The notes: generated from the letters alone by a model not told the origin. A stretch of DNA of 64,000 nt from Octopus sinensis (GCF_006345805.1 NC_043013.1:49538001-49602000); one strand, 5' to 3'. Numbered from the stretch's first letter, positions 1 to 13,064 are shown. Translations and numbers: made by a program.

Positions 1-4
1 ATTT

Positions 5-165
5 ACAACGGGCTTCTTTCAGTTTCCATCTACCAAATCCACTCACATGGCTTTGGTCAGCCCGAGGCTATAGTAGAAGACACTTACCCAAGGTGCCATG
101 CAGTGGGACTGAACCCAGAACCATGTGGTTCGTAAGTAAGCTACTTACCACACAGCCACTCCTAC
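5..165 (-). mobile_element. tRNA-derived SINE family A, head only (cut by window edge)
   Basis: Reverse complement of the family A head (gcaggagtggctgtgtggtaag...ggaaactgaaagaagcccgtcg) seen in more than 10 copies in this window. Confidence 0.85.
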
Positions 166-544
166 GACTATATTTATATGAACCATTAACCACATCTAAA
201 TATAGTTTTTAAAATCAACATATGAAACATGGTTGTTTTAACCTTGATGACCTCTTTTCTTATGTTTATATTTCCAAAAACATATTTGAACATGATGTTT
301 TAATATGGCTTTGGTAGTGATGGAAAAACCAACCTAAGCAAAAAAAAAGTAACTAAAAAAAGTAGTACAGTATCTTTTGGTAAAGTCAAGCTATAATAAC
401 ATAAGACTTTTTTGTGAATAGTTCTATCAACTTCATTTTCCTGGAAATTTACATTGATAAAAATGGAAGATCCAAATGTTAGGGGTATTCTTATACTACA
501 TAACGGAAGATATGGGTAACATGAAGTGAGATTCTCTAAGTTAA

Positions 545-715
545 CATCATCATCATCATCGTTTAACATCCACTCTCCATCCTGGCATGGGTTGGATGGT
601 TTGACATGGAGTTGACCAGCCAGGAGCTGTTCAGACTCCAACTGTCCAATGGGGCATGGTTTCTATGGCTGGATGCCCCTCCTAATGCCAATCACTTAGC
701 AGAGTGTGCTGAGTG
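545..715 (-). mobile_element. Family B repeat: 3' end of RTE LINE with (GAT)n tail
   Basis: catcatcatcgtttaacatcc...ggatgcccctcctaatgccaa matches the 3' terminus of the LINE at 26540-27120. Confidence 0.75.
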
Positions 716-1089
716 CTTTTTAAGGGGCAATTGGCACCTGGAAGGACCAGCCTTTTCATAAAATATCAGCAAACAGTTATCTTTCACTCTTTTCCTCTGT
801 CTTTCTCTCCTCTTCATGTGCCATATCTACAGGCATCAACAATCTGGGAGTTCATACCCTTCTGTCCCCACACAAGACTAATCTGTTGCAGGGCCTGTCT
901 TTCTGAAGCCAACTAGTAAAGATAGCAAGTATGTTTCCTCTCTACTTTCCTCAGCTTCTCTATCTTTCTTTCAACCTCCTAGCTGTCGCTGAGGGCTCAA
1001 GATTTTACCTCTCGTATGGTCTCTAGTGAACTGAATCTGTTGTCTTCTTAATGTTGTTGACAGGCTTTCTGGTGGTCTTTGATATCTGT

Positions 1090-1505
1090 CTGTGTGGTAA
1101 GTAGCTTGCTTACCAACTACATGGTTCCAGGTCCAGTCCCATTGCGTGGCACCTTGGGCAAGTGTCTTCTACTATAGCCTCGGGCCGACCAAAGCCTTGT
1201 GAGTGGATTTGGTAGACGGAAACTGAAAGAAGCCCGTCATATATATGTGTATATATATATATATATATTATATATATATATATATATATGCGTGTGTGTG
1301 TTTGTGTGTCTGGGTTTGTCCCCCTAGCATTGCTTGACAACCGATGCTGGTGTGTTTATGTCCCCGTAACTTAGTGGTTCAGCAAACGAGACCGATAGAA
1401 TAAGTACTAGGCTTACAAAAGAATAAGTCCTGGGGTCGAGTTGCTCGACTAAAGGCGATGCTCCAGCACGGCCGCAGTCAAATGACTGAAACAAGTAAAA
1501 GAGTG
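1090..1505 (+). mobile_element. SINE family A, full length
   Basis: tRNA-like head, internal (TA)n(TG)n tract, tail ending gaaacaagtaaaagag. Confidence 0.9.
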
Positions 1506-1514
1506 AAAGAGAGA

Positions 1515-2090
1515 GTTTGCCTAGGACACCTTCAACACTTATTTAGGGAACTGCATCTCAGGACCACTGATAAGCTTTTATACTAGTTTGCTGTTGTTCT
1601 AGATCACACATAAGGATGGGTTCTATGAATGCCTCTTTTTTCCCACTTTCCTTGATAGCCATTTACTTGACTATAAATGCTTCATCTCATTGTAGGCAGC
1701 TTTAGCCTGGCAGTCCTTGACTTTATTTCTTAATTGTTCCTTCCATCTGATGTAAGAATGGCTCCCAAATGTTTAAAACTTATCAACTTGCTTCAAGGTT
1801 CTTCCCTAATTCTTGTATTGCAAACTGATGGTTATTTTCTTTGAGACTGTTGAGTTTCTTCCAGCTTGTCACAGAATACAGAACAACATATTTCATCATC
1901 ATTTTTTATGCTACTAGTTATGTCTCCCACTACACAAAACCACTTCCTTTGACATCCATCCATCATTCTTTCCACTGTCACTCTCTACTAACATTTTCCA
2001 TTGATCATCCTCTTAATCATGAGAGAACTAAAACAATTATTTGTATAAAGAAAAGAATAAATAACTTCAAGTCTAGATGAAGAGATGTTA
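1515..2090 (-). mobile_element. Decayed LINE reverse-transcriptase fragment
   Basis: Frameshifted minus-strand translation resembles the LEQVDKFKYLG region; several stops. Confidence 0.45.
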
Positions 2091-2539
2091 AGCATCCCAA
2101 TGTTATCAGTTGTAGAACAAACAAATCAAATCTTTCAGTAAAGTTGCACTCGATAACAAAATCATACAAGATTAAACTTGGCATAGAAGAATGAATTTAG
2201 TATTTTACAAAGATGTACATACATCGGATGAAAATTGAGAGACAATGTATTACAACGTATTGTTTTCTTTAGAAAACAATAGAAGGGAAAAATTCAATTT
2301 GATTTTGTGCCAGTTTAGCCACTGATGCTCTCTTTCTTGTTGAAACATTACAAGGATAGTAGCAGTCAAAAATAAGTTGTATACTTTGAGTAGTAAACAG
2401 ATCATGATTAGACTAACAAAAAATGCATGGTTGTTTTGTAAGGAGGTTCAAAAGTATGGTTAAGATTAAATGTGCCTCAGATTAAGAACACATATAGAAG
2501 ACTTTATTGCTCAGATAGAGCTTCATTCAGCTTTAAGCT

Positions 2540-2990
2540 AGTACCCACTACACCCATGGAGTGGTTGGCGTTAGGAAGGGCATCCAGCTGTAGAAACACT
2601 GCCAGATCAGACTGGGCCAGGCGCAGCCTTCTGGCTTCCCAGACCCCAGTTGAACCGTCCAACCCATGCCAAGTTTAATCTAGCATGGAAAGCAGACGCT
2701 AAACGATGATGATGATGATGATGACTTTGAGCATTTACAAGGACTAGAAAGAAATGAAGCTAGAATATTCCACAGGATGTGTAACATCATCGTGCATGAA
2801 TGATGAAGCAAATATATATATTGAGAGAAAATTTGGATATGAGAGGAATCAGATGTAGTGTGCAAGAGAGGAGACTTTACTGATATGGGCATGTGATTTA
2901 CTTAGATGAGGATAACTGTATAAATATGTTGATGTATATAGGGCTTGTGGAAGAGGAAGGTCCAGGAAGACACAGGTTGAAGAGGCCTTT
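2540..2990 (+). mobile_element. Family B tail followed by a decayed RTE C-terminal fragment
   Basis: Family B sequence to 2725, then sequence similar to 26200-26400 (ACGRGRSRKT). Confidence 0.65.
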
Positions 2991-3424
2991 GTCGACCTCT
3001 ACCCAAACATCATACATCTTTCACTTTCATCACACATTTTTGCAATGTATATTCTTTTATTTGTGTTACAGGTTTCAGTCTTATACTTATTTCACTGCTC
3101 ACTATTTGAGTAACTGTTAAGTTATGAAACTTAAATGCACATGATATAAGCAACATCAGTTCTTTAAATGATGTAAAGATAAACACACACTCCACCTTCC
3201 CCCACATACATACAATTTCCACCTACTAAGTTCTATAATATGATATTATTCAAACTGAGGCTATTGAAGACATTTACTACACAAAATGGTAATGAACTTG
3301 GTTCTAAATCAAACTACTTAATCACACAACCATGTTTAAGTCTATGTATAATTTTATTATTAACATGACAAATACAGTCAACATATGGATGTTAGAGAAG
3401 GGACAAAACAAATCACTAAAATTG

Positions 3425-4110
3425 CCAAGAAGGCTGAGGGTGACTTGGCATCACTCACCAAGTCCTTTTTGAGCCGCTCTCCGGCTATCAATCTGCGGCT
3501 TTATATAGCTATGGTACAACCTCACCTGGAATTTGCATCACCAGTCTGGAAGCCCTATCTTGCCCAGGATATTAATTGTCTGAAAGCCGTTCAGCGACGT
3601 GCAACCAAGAGAATACCCTCCATCAGGCATTTGCCATATTTTGAACGCCTTACTTCCCTGGGCATGGATACATTGAAACTCCGACGTCTGGCAGCTGACT
3701 TGGCAGACACCCATAAAATTATTAACCATCTTACCAACAATAACTCTGAGTACCTTTTCAAAATCCATCTGTCTAACACCCGTGGACATGTTTACAAAGT
3801 CAGAAAACAGCACAGCTCCCATGACTTTCGGAAACATTTTTTCATGCTGAGAGTTGCTGAAGCATGGAACAAACTGCCAGCATTAGTTGTTAGTTGTCGG
3901 AGCACTGCATCCTTCAAAACTTCCATGTTTCCTGGGATTCGCCAACACTACACCTGATTTTCTTCCCTCCATACACACGCAAGCATGTATCTGACTCATA
4001 CACTGTTCACTTCCCAGACATTTATACATTACTGCATGTACTCTATATGCACTTTCTGACAAGTTGTGGTGCACCTGAGCACTGTATACAATAATTTCAT
4101 TATTATTATA
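3425..4110 (+). mobile_element. CR1-clade LINE 3' fragment (ORF2 C-terminus, 190-aa open frame)
   Basis: LYIAMVQPHLEFASPVWKPY...VQRRATK...RRLAADL...TRGH...HFFMLRVAEAWNKLP are typical CR1/L2-type C-terminal motifs; ends in a cattattatta tail. Confidence 0.85.
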
Positions 4111-5659
4111 GAAATAGTACTAGATTCTATCAACAGTAGCAGGGATACCAGAATGTATATTGCAAGATTTTAATTAAAATAACTGATTTGATGAATGGGT
4201 GTGATTTAAATGCTATAATCCTAATCCACTCAATGGAAACCAAATTGCTACATGTTAAGGCAAACATTTTTTGTAATGACCCACTTTTGATTTTTTACAT
4301 TTGCCCATGGTCCACATATATATTATATATATATATACAAATACCTTCACATGTCACTCCATTTCCATCACTGTAAACATAAATTAAACTGTAACACAAA
4401 AGACTTTCTATACACTATAAACTGTTCAATGGCCCATAAATAAATTGAATATGAGAGAATTTTTGAAGCGGTTTAAGCCCCAAAGAGACCCAGTGAAACA
4501 TTTATTTCCAACCTCTGACCTAAGGGCAATATTTTCAGTGAAAAATTTGGAATTCATGCAGCTCTCATAAAAAATATATTTTTTCATCTCAGTTTCCTTT
4601 AGTTTGCTCAATCCTATTCTTGTCATACACGATTCCTCTGTCAGAAAAAAATTATAAAATTATAGGAAATCTAATTCATTAAGTACTACAAACAATTTTG
4701 AAAATATGGAAAAGATTTACTTACAGAAAATGAAACTCATTTTTCTTCTTAATCAATATATTTTGAAAATTTTGCTTAGATCAAATAACCAGAGGTAAAT
4801 GTATTCAGGCAACTAAAAAGATACAGAAAGGATAAAATAAGTAAAATTATGAAAATATATATTAAGAATTCACTAATATTTTATATATATATTTTATATT
4901 AAAGATACATACATACATGATATATATACATATTTTTTTTTCGTTTTTCTTGTTTCAGCTCAGACACATATATACATATAAGCAAAAATAAACGTATCAT
5001 AAAAGAAGGAAAATAGACACATGAGAAAGTATTCTGGTTGTCAAGTGGTTTCGCTTTTGCTAATCATAACATTGAAATTATTGTGATTTCAAATTTTCTT
5101 AAGAAGATTTTTGTCCATGCTCTTGTATGACAGTTTTTCCTCTCTCATCCTTTCTCTAATTCTTTTCCTATCCCCTTCACTATTCTCTGTCTGTCCCTCT
5201 CTCTCCATCACACTTCCTCCATTGCTCTCTCAATGCTCCCATGTGACCATCGGCCACCTTTCTTTCCTTCTGATACAGCTGCAGGAATCAGACACATTTT
5301 TGTCTGTCTCCTGTCCAAGCTTGTCCCTCCACATAGGCTTAGCAGCCCTTCCTGTTTGTTTTCACTGTCTTGTTTTTGTTACCAATTTTGACCCTCCACA
5401 AAATCACAAATTTTATTTAATTTGCTTTGCAGGAGCAACTGTTTTATTGAAGGTGTATCTTGTCGTGAATTGCTCGAAATATGGAATAGAAAAACAGCCG
5501 ACAACTGATGAAGGGTCGTTCTTTATTTTGCTTGTCTTGTTTTCCATTTGTTTCCTTTGGCTGTTTGTAAAAAGTTCATGTTCCCTGTATTCGTATTTTG
5601 TATTTCATGCTGTTTTCATATTTCATGTTGTTTACATTCTGTGACATCCTGTGCCTACA

Positions 5660-5832
5660 TATGCATACATATATATTATTTATATTATACATATATGTGT
5701 GTGTATATATATATACACATATAGACATACATACATATATATATTATATATATATAATATATATATGTATGTATATATAAACATATATATATATATGTGT
5801 TTATATATATATATATGTGTTTATATATATAT

Positions 5833-5867
<35 letters not shown>

Positions 5868-6353
5868 TTATTATATATATGTTTATATATATACATACAT
5901 ATGTTTATATATATACATACATATGTCTATATATATATATATATACATACATATGTTTATATATATATATATATAATATATACATACGTTATAATATATA
6001 TACATACATACATATGTTTATATATTATATATATATATATATACATACATATATATATACATACATATGTTTATATATATAATATATACATACATATATA
6101 TATACATACATATGTTTATATATATATATATACATACATACATATGTTTATATATATATACGTACATACATATGTTTATATATAATATACGTACATACAT
6201 ATGTTTATATATATATATACATATATACATACATATATATATACATACATATATACATACATATAACATACATACTATATACATACATATATATATACAT
6301 AATATAATAATACATACATATATATATACATATATATCTACATACATATATAT

Positions 6354-6419
<66 letters not shown>

Positions 6420-6454
6420 ATATATATACACATACATTATATATATCTTTATAT

Positions 6455-6509
<55 letters not shown>

Positions 6510-6510
6510 C
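5660..6510. repeat. About 850-bp compound (TA)n/(TACA)n microsatellite
   Basis: Seen directly; produces the Y/I-rich ORFs. Confidence 0.95.
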
Positions 6511-6749
6511 ACCTATATAATATGGAGCAAATAATTCACAAGAAAAATAATTTGCGAAGATATCATTGAGTCTATCATTATGTAGTGTAACAACTTAAAA
6601 ATGATAACAGAATCAATAATATAAGTGATTGCAGGCCTGAAAAAAAGTATCAGATTGCTGAAGGAGTAAAATTGTATGTCATCTGATTAATTTTAATATA
6701 TACATATATACATGTATAAATGCATATATTCTTATATATATATATACAC

Positions 6750-7435
6750 ATACCCAATCTTTCTACTGTTTTCATGGCTATACTGCATTCGAAATATCAC
6801 CTTCTTGTCTGTATGATACGATACACACACACACACACACACACGTGTATGCATATAAGTGTGTACCCAGGTATGCGTAGACAACTCTTTTACCATACAA
6901 GACATGTAAGTTGACACCTAGTTCCCTCCTTCCCCTAATAATACACATTATGCCTCATTTAGCCAGTTGTGATTTATAACCCCTATAACATTGCCTTTGC
7001 ATATCTACCTGTCTATATAACACATGGCGAGGGAGGAGGGGGGCATGTCACCCAATCTGTCTCATGTCCTATTTTTGCTTCTAGCCCCTGGAGGTCAAAT
7101 ATTCTGTTGACTTTCTTCTCCATACACTGTACGATGACTGTAACTTATCAATACAGTTGTTTTCCCTCATACCATTATTTATGTCATCATAACTACTTGT
7201 TATTATACAGGAACCCCTTTTATGAAACTAATGCATCCCTAAATATTTGGCTGTAATGCAAAATTCTGTAATGCAAAATTAATTTTCCCATTGTTTTTCA
7301 TAATAGTTGTGGCTTTTGCTGGTGTCACATAACTAGCACCTGTGCCAGTGGCACATTTTAAATGATGATGATGATGATTGCAAGAAAAGGAAGGTGAAAC
7401 TTGTAACGAAAAATCATTTTTGGCTAGTAAAGACT
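6750..7435 (+). repeat. Duplicated segment; paralogous pieces at 46435-46992 (inverted) and 45845-45975 (direct)
   Basis: Read-through alignment by eye; both loci give near-identical ORF translations (FFSIHC.MTVTYQY.CFPS...YRNPFYE.NASLNIWL). Confidence 0.85.
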
Positions 7436-7644
7436 ACCTGATGACTACTTAGGCAGAGATGGATTGCATCATTGATGAACTCCACACTTATCCTTCTGAG
7501 CTGACCTACACCTCATTTATTGTCCCTCTTCTCCCCTCCCCGCTCAATCTTGAATTGATATTCATCACTTATTCTCTGTTCATTGCCATGTCAACTATTC
7601 AACCTTCATGCTGCCACTTAAAAGCTCCTCTTTTCCTGCTGGCT

Positions 7645-7805
7645 GCCACTCCCTCTAACCCAGGCCACTCCCTCTACCCCCAGGCCACTCCCTCTACCCC
7701 AGGCCACTCCCTATAACCCAGGCCACTCCCTCTACACCAGGCTATTCCCTCTACCCCAGGCCACTCCCTATACCCCAGGCCACTCCCTCTACCCCAGGCC
7801 ACTCT
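7645..7805. repeat. 20-bp minisatellite (caggccactccctctacccc), about 8 copies
   Basis: Seen directly. Confidence 0.9.
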
Positions 7806-8079
7806 TTACTGATATCCATTACAAGCTCTTACTACTGACCATTCTCACAACTATCCTTCACCTTCTCTCCTTTACCTACAAACTGTAGCTGTCATTTACC
7901 TAAAAGTCATTAGTATGTCCCTTTATATGTTCCCATTACTACTCATTCCCAAGTATCTCTCCTGTTTCTCCCCTCTCTTCTGCCAGTGCCCTCTTTTTCC
8001 CCCTTAGTCCATCCTTTACAATCTCACTCTCTTCTACCATTCTTCATGTTACCCTCAACTGAACAGAAATAATATAAAA

Positions 8080-8350
8080 CAGTAAGGACCAGATTAAGGA
8101 CATGACAACCTCTTTAGCACTGATGCTATGAAAAATGCACCATGCATCATCCTAGAGTTCTGTTATGCAAACAACTTAAGCATTTTCAACACTAGCTTCA
8201 GAAGACTGGCCTGCCACCTGATTATCAAGTAAATTCAGAAGCCAGATCAACTTCTTACTCCTCAGGAAAAGGAATGATTTTGGGTACTAAATCTTTCCTT
8301 GGTAAAGACTGTACTACTCAAACACAGACTAGTGGTTAATGATTTCAGAG
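8080..8350 (+). mobile_element. Decayed LINE AP-endonuclease C-terminal fragment
   Basis: LEFCYANNLSIFNTSF...SQINFLL...QHRLVV resembles the APE domain end. Confidence 0.55.
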
Positions 8351-8352
8351 TC

Positions 8353-8750
8353 GCAGGAGTGGCTGTGTGGTAAGTAGCTTGCTTACCAACCACATGGTTC
8401 CGGGTTCAGTCCCACTGTGTGGCATCTTGGGCAAGTGTCTTCTGCTATAGTCCCGTGAGTGGATTTGGTAGACGGAAACTGAAAGAAGCCTGTCGTATAT
8501 ATGTATATATATATAAGTGTGTGTATATGTTTGTGTGTGTGTGTGTGTTTGTCCCCCTAGAATTGCTTGACAACCGATGCTGGTGTGTTTACGTCCCTGT
8601 CACTTAGCAGTTCGGCAAAAGAGACCAATAGAATAAGTACTGGGCTTACAAAGAATAAAACTCGGGGCCGATTTGCTCGACTAAAAGGCGGTGCTGCAGC
8701 ATGGCCGCAGTCAAATGACTGAAACAAGTAAAAGAGTAAAGAGTAAGAGT
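8353..8750 (+). mobile_element. SINE family A
   Basis: Same head, microsatellite and tail architecture. Confidence 0.9.
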
Positions 8751-9076
8751 AAACCCAGAGACAAAAGGTAATTTGGCAAAGGAGAACATAGATGTTAAAA
8801 GAGCCTTCATCAAGCAATGTGTTCAGACAAATATTAACTGATGCATATAACGAGAGAAAATAGAAACTATTTATCAAGGGGTAGCAAAGAACGATATCAG
8901 GTAGCAAGAAGAGAAATTAGGCAGCAGGAAGCTAGAGATAAAGCCAAATGAAAAAATAATTTACCAATGTTCTGAACTTGAGAGGTATGAGGTATTTCAG
9001 ATTGTCAGACAGTGCTAGAGAAAGCTGAGAAAGCTGTCAATAAGAAGTGAATCCAGAATGATATTGGAGTACAAAA

Positions 9077-9313
9077 GGCGGCGAGCTGGCAGAAACGTTA
9101 GCACGGCGGGCGAAATACTTAGTGGTATTTCGTCTGCTGCTATGCTCTGAGTTCAAATTCCGCCGAGGTCGACTTTGCCTTTCATCCTTTCGGGGTCGAT
9201 TAAATAAGTACCAGTTATGCACTGGGGTCGATACAATCGACTTAGTCCGTTTGTCCGTCTTTGTTTGTCTTCTCTGTGTTTAGCCCCTTGTGGGTAGTAA
9301 AGAAATAGGTATT
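9077..9313 (+). mobile_element. tRNA-derived SINE family C
   Basis: ggcggcgagctggcagaaacg (A-box-like), gagttcaaattcc (B-box-like), ends aaagaaataggtat; 6 copies in window. Confidence 0.85.
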
Positions 9314-9562
9314 AGAGTACTTGTCTTTTATGATTCTGATTCAGCTACAAGAATGAGGTCACAAGGATTAAGGAGTTTCCATGAGCAGCTGGTCTGATAT
9401 TTGTCTATTATAGCTTTGGGGACTATAGCGAATAGAAGGGGCTGAAAACTGAGCCCTGATGAACTCTTACCTGAATGCTAAATTTGGCACTAAATATGTA
9501 TACACACACACACACACACACGTGTGTGTGTATCATCATCTTCCAGTGTATGTATGTATATA

Positions 9563-9600
<38 letters not shown>

Positions 9601-9900
9601 TTGGTTGAGTTTGTCTCTTGCTACTCTGAGTTACATTTGAGGGTGTACAGAATGTTAAGGCCAGAGTAGCAAAAGACTAACTTTTTAAGGTACAATTTTA
9701 GGTATAATTATACTAATGTATCCATTTGTTCTAATTAATTAAATTCTTTGTCTTTGTGCAGCAGAGAATTGCCCTGCATTTTAAATTGATGTAATGATTG
9801 CATTGTTCAATTAAATGGAGTTGCATGAAACAATAGTACTGCATTACCTCTGGATATCCTAGTTGCTTATTTTGATATATATATTTATATATATACATAT

Positions 9901-10292
9901 GCAGGAGTGGCTGTGTGGTAAGTAACTTGTTTACCAACCACATGGTTCCGGGTTCAGTCCCACTGCGTGGAACCTTGGGCAAGTGTCTTCTACTATAGCC
10001 TCGGGCTGACCAAAGCCTTGTGAGTGGATTTGGTAGACGGAAACTGAAAGAAGCCCGTCGTATATATGTATATATATATATGTATATGTTTGTGTGTCTG
10101 TGTTTGTTCCCCTACCATTGCTTGACAACCGATGCTGGTGTGTTTATGTCCCTGTTACCTAGCGGTTTGGCAAAATAGACCGATAGAATAAGTACTGGGC
10201 TAACAAAAGAATAAGTCCCGGGATCGAGTTACTCGATTAAAGGTGGTGCTCCAGCATGGCCGCAGTCAAATGATTGAAACAAGTAAAAGAGT
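9901..10292 (+). mobile_element. SINE family A
   Basis: Full-length copy. Confidence 0.9.
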
Positions 10293-11149
10293 ATATAATT
10301 AGAAGTTTGTTTGTTATGGCCAGTCCGAGAATGACCATCAGTTTTGCACTTATAAACTGTTTAGATATATAAGCTACACACACACACACACATACATATA
10401 TGTGTATGAAAAGCATAACTATGTAATGTAATTTACAGCAAGTGATAGTAAGGAGGCCACAATGGTCAGATACAGAAAGGAAATAATCTACAAGGAAAGT
10501 GGAGTAGATCTCATGCAACTAGGCCAGTCTTTCTGGGTTATCAGCAGCCAATGGTTTGAAGATCATTAGAAGGACATTTCTTTGCCGACAACAATAGAAT
10601 AATAGCCAAGCTAAAATTACACCATGTGGTTAGGCATAGCATGCAAACTGATATGTATGTAAGCTGACACCACCAGAATAGTTACCTCGCCTTAGGGTAT
10701 GTCAGTAATTGATGTCGCTAAAGTCTAAAGTCCTACAGATCACTGACTGACACCAATAAATAGTCTCCTGCAGTTCAGAACATATATTGACTCAGCTGTT
10801 AGGACTACTTTGCTAATGTATCCATGTCACCAGAACTGAGAAACAGAGGCCTAAATATTCTCACCTAGAAGCTATTTATCAAATTCTTTTTTTATATTCT
10901 CCTCACTCTTGACTTCATACATCTAAGGATTTAGCTGCATATCGGCACCCAAGTAATACAGAACTGAGTCAAGCCATTATTAAAGACTTGCACTCCAAGT
11001 GTTGAGTGCTACTTTCTTTCTTTCATTCACCTACATGTATACAAATATGTATGCATATGGATATATATATATATCATCATCATCATCATTTTAACGTCCG
11101 TTTTCCATGCTAGCATGATATATATATATATATATATACATATATATAT

Positions 11150-11700
11150 AGGGAGGATTCATGAAAAAAACAAAAGACGAAGACAGGTGGTCACCATCAT
11201 CATCATCATCATCATCGTTTAACGTCCGTTCTCCATGCTAGCATGGGTTGGATGGTTCAACTGGGGTCTGGGAAGCCAGAAGGCTGCACCAGGCTCCAGT
11301 CTGATCTGGCAGTGTTTCTACAGCTGGATGCCCTTCCTAATGCCAACAACTCCGTGAGTGTAGTAGGTGCTTTTTATGTGCCACCGGCACAGGTGCCAGA
11401 CGAGGCTGGCAAACGGCCATGATCGGATGGTGCTTTTTACGTGCCACCGGCATGGAGGCCAGTCAGGACGGGGCTGGCAACGGCCACATTCGGATGGTTC
11501 TCTTACGTGCCACCAACACTGGTGTCACAACTACAATTTCCAGTGCACATGTCTGTAGTGTAGGAAACAAACAAATGTATTAGTATAACACTCGGGAATT
11601 GAAAAAGTCTTTTATGTTTCAAACCTATGCTCTTCTACAGAAAGGAACACAGAAAGAAACAAGGTGAGAAAAAAAATGTGTGATGTGGCTGGACATCCCT
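11150..11700 (-). mobile_element. Hammerhead-like-motif repeat interrupted by a family B insertion (about 11195-11545)
   Basis: Flanks rejoin to the uninterrupted sequence at 53590-53790 (gacgaagacaggtggt|gtag.aaacaaac). Confidence 0.75.
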
Positions 11701-12134
11701 GTCGAAGACGATGCATGAGCATACAGCATTTGCTGAATGACCTGTCCAAATGATTTGTTTATGGTGATCAGATATTTGTGACACACATTAGTACATTCCC
11801 TCCATCAAATCAACATTGACTGAACAGGTATACTATGTACCACCTATGCATCAGGTGTCTACATGAACACAGAGCAACACGAGATGAAGTGTTCTGCTCA
11901 AGAACCCAATGCACACCTGGTCTGGGAATTGAAATCATTATTGCTACATCATGAATGCAACGCCCTAACCACTAAGCCTTGCACCCTTGCTATGTGTGTG
12001 TCTGTGTGTGTGTATACACACATTGAGCTTTCAGTTTCCATCTACCAAATCCACTCACAGAGACTGAACAACCTGGAACCATGTGGTTGGGAAGCAAGCT
12101 TTGTACCACACAGCCATGCCTAGATATATATACT

Positions 12135-12395
12135 GGCTTCTGTGATAGTGGCATGTAAAAAGCACCAACCAATCATGGTCATTGCCAGCCTCCTCTGGCC
12201 CCTGTGCTGGTTGCACGTAAAAAGCACCCACTACACTCACGGAGTGGTTGGCGTTAGGAAGGGCATCCAGCTGCAGAAACACTGCCAGATTAGACTGGAG
12301 CCTGGTGCAGCCTCCTGGCTTCCCAGATCCTCGGTCGAACCGTCCAACCCATGCAAGCATGGAAAAGAGACGTTAAACGATGATGATGATGATAT
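12135..12395 (+). mobile_element. Family B (RTE 3' end)
   Basis: Ends gacgttaaacgatgatgatgat. Confidence 0.8.
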
Positions 12396-12547
12396 ATAAT
12401 TATGCCAAGGGCCTATAATCCTTTAAGGGATGTCTGCATCCTAGTTCTCTGGTTTATACCAGTGTTCATTGAAAACTAAATATTTTAGTTTTGCACTGGT
12501 GTATATTGGTGTTTAAAATATTCATGTTAAAAAGAAGAAAATGAAGG

Positions 12548-12649
12548 AATTGACAAATAGACTTCAGTTTATTCAAAGATATTCAAATCAATGTAATATA
12601 TTATATTGATTTGAATATCTTTGAATAAACTGATGTCTATTTGTCAATT
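12548..12649. repeat. Near-perfect inverted repeat, 45-bp arms and 12-nt loop
   Basis: aattgacaaatagacttcagtttattcaaagatattcaaatcaat / attgatttgaatatctttgaataaactgatgtctatttgtcaatt, one mismatch. Confidence 0.95.
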
Positions 12650-12668
12650 TCTCCTTTTTCTTCTTTCT

Positions 12669-12702
<34 letters not shown>

Positions 12703-13030
12703 CACTTATTAATCCGAGGGGAGGCCATGTGAGCTGCAACTAAAGTAACGTTACAGAATCCACAGAAAGATCAAACACATACAATATATTCATATATTCA
12801 TTTATATCCACAGAACAGACATAAAGTCTGACGTTTAAAAATATAGTAATATATAACTATATAAACATCATATAAAAATATATAATTATATAAGAGACTC
12901 AGTGTTGCATATATAACACATTGAATTCAATAAGTGTATACAGCTCATTTGAGCACTACAATTTCAGTCTGTTATATATTTTGAGTGTTGTTGTCACTAG
13001 CGATCTCAAGATATAACTTTGTATTTTGTA

Positions 13031-13061
<31 letters not shown>

Positions 13062-13064
13062 GGT

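Noticed and set aside
5500-5525. CTGATGA hammerhead core-like sequence (similar sequence near 8805)
   Set aside because: No correctly spaced GAAA or supporting stems could be found.
5111-5644. 177-aa hydrophobic ORF
   Set aside because: Low-complexity CT-rich sequence plus a repeat tail; no recognisable domain.
5598-6534. Multiple ORFs of 60-164 aa rich in Y, I, H and M (also 17385-19059, 28970-29249, 39710-40620)
   Set aside because: Translations of TA/CATA microsatellites or minisatellites that happen to lack stop codons.
9077-9160. tRNA gene calls for SINE heads
   Set aside because: A/B-box-like motifs continue into multi-copy SINE bodies and no complete cloverleaf is evident.
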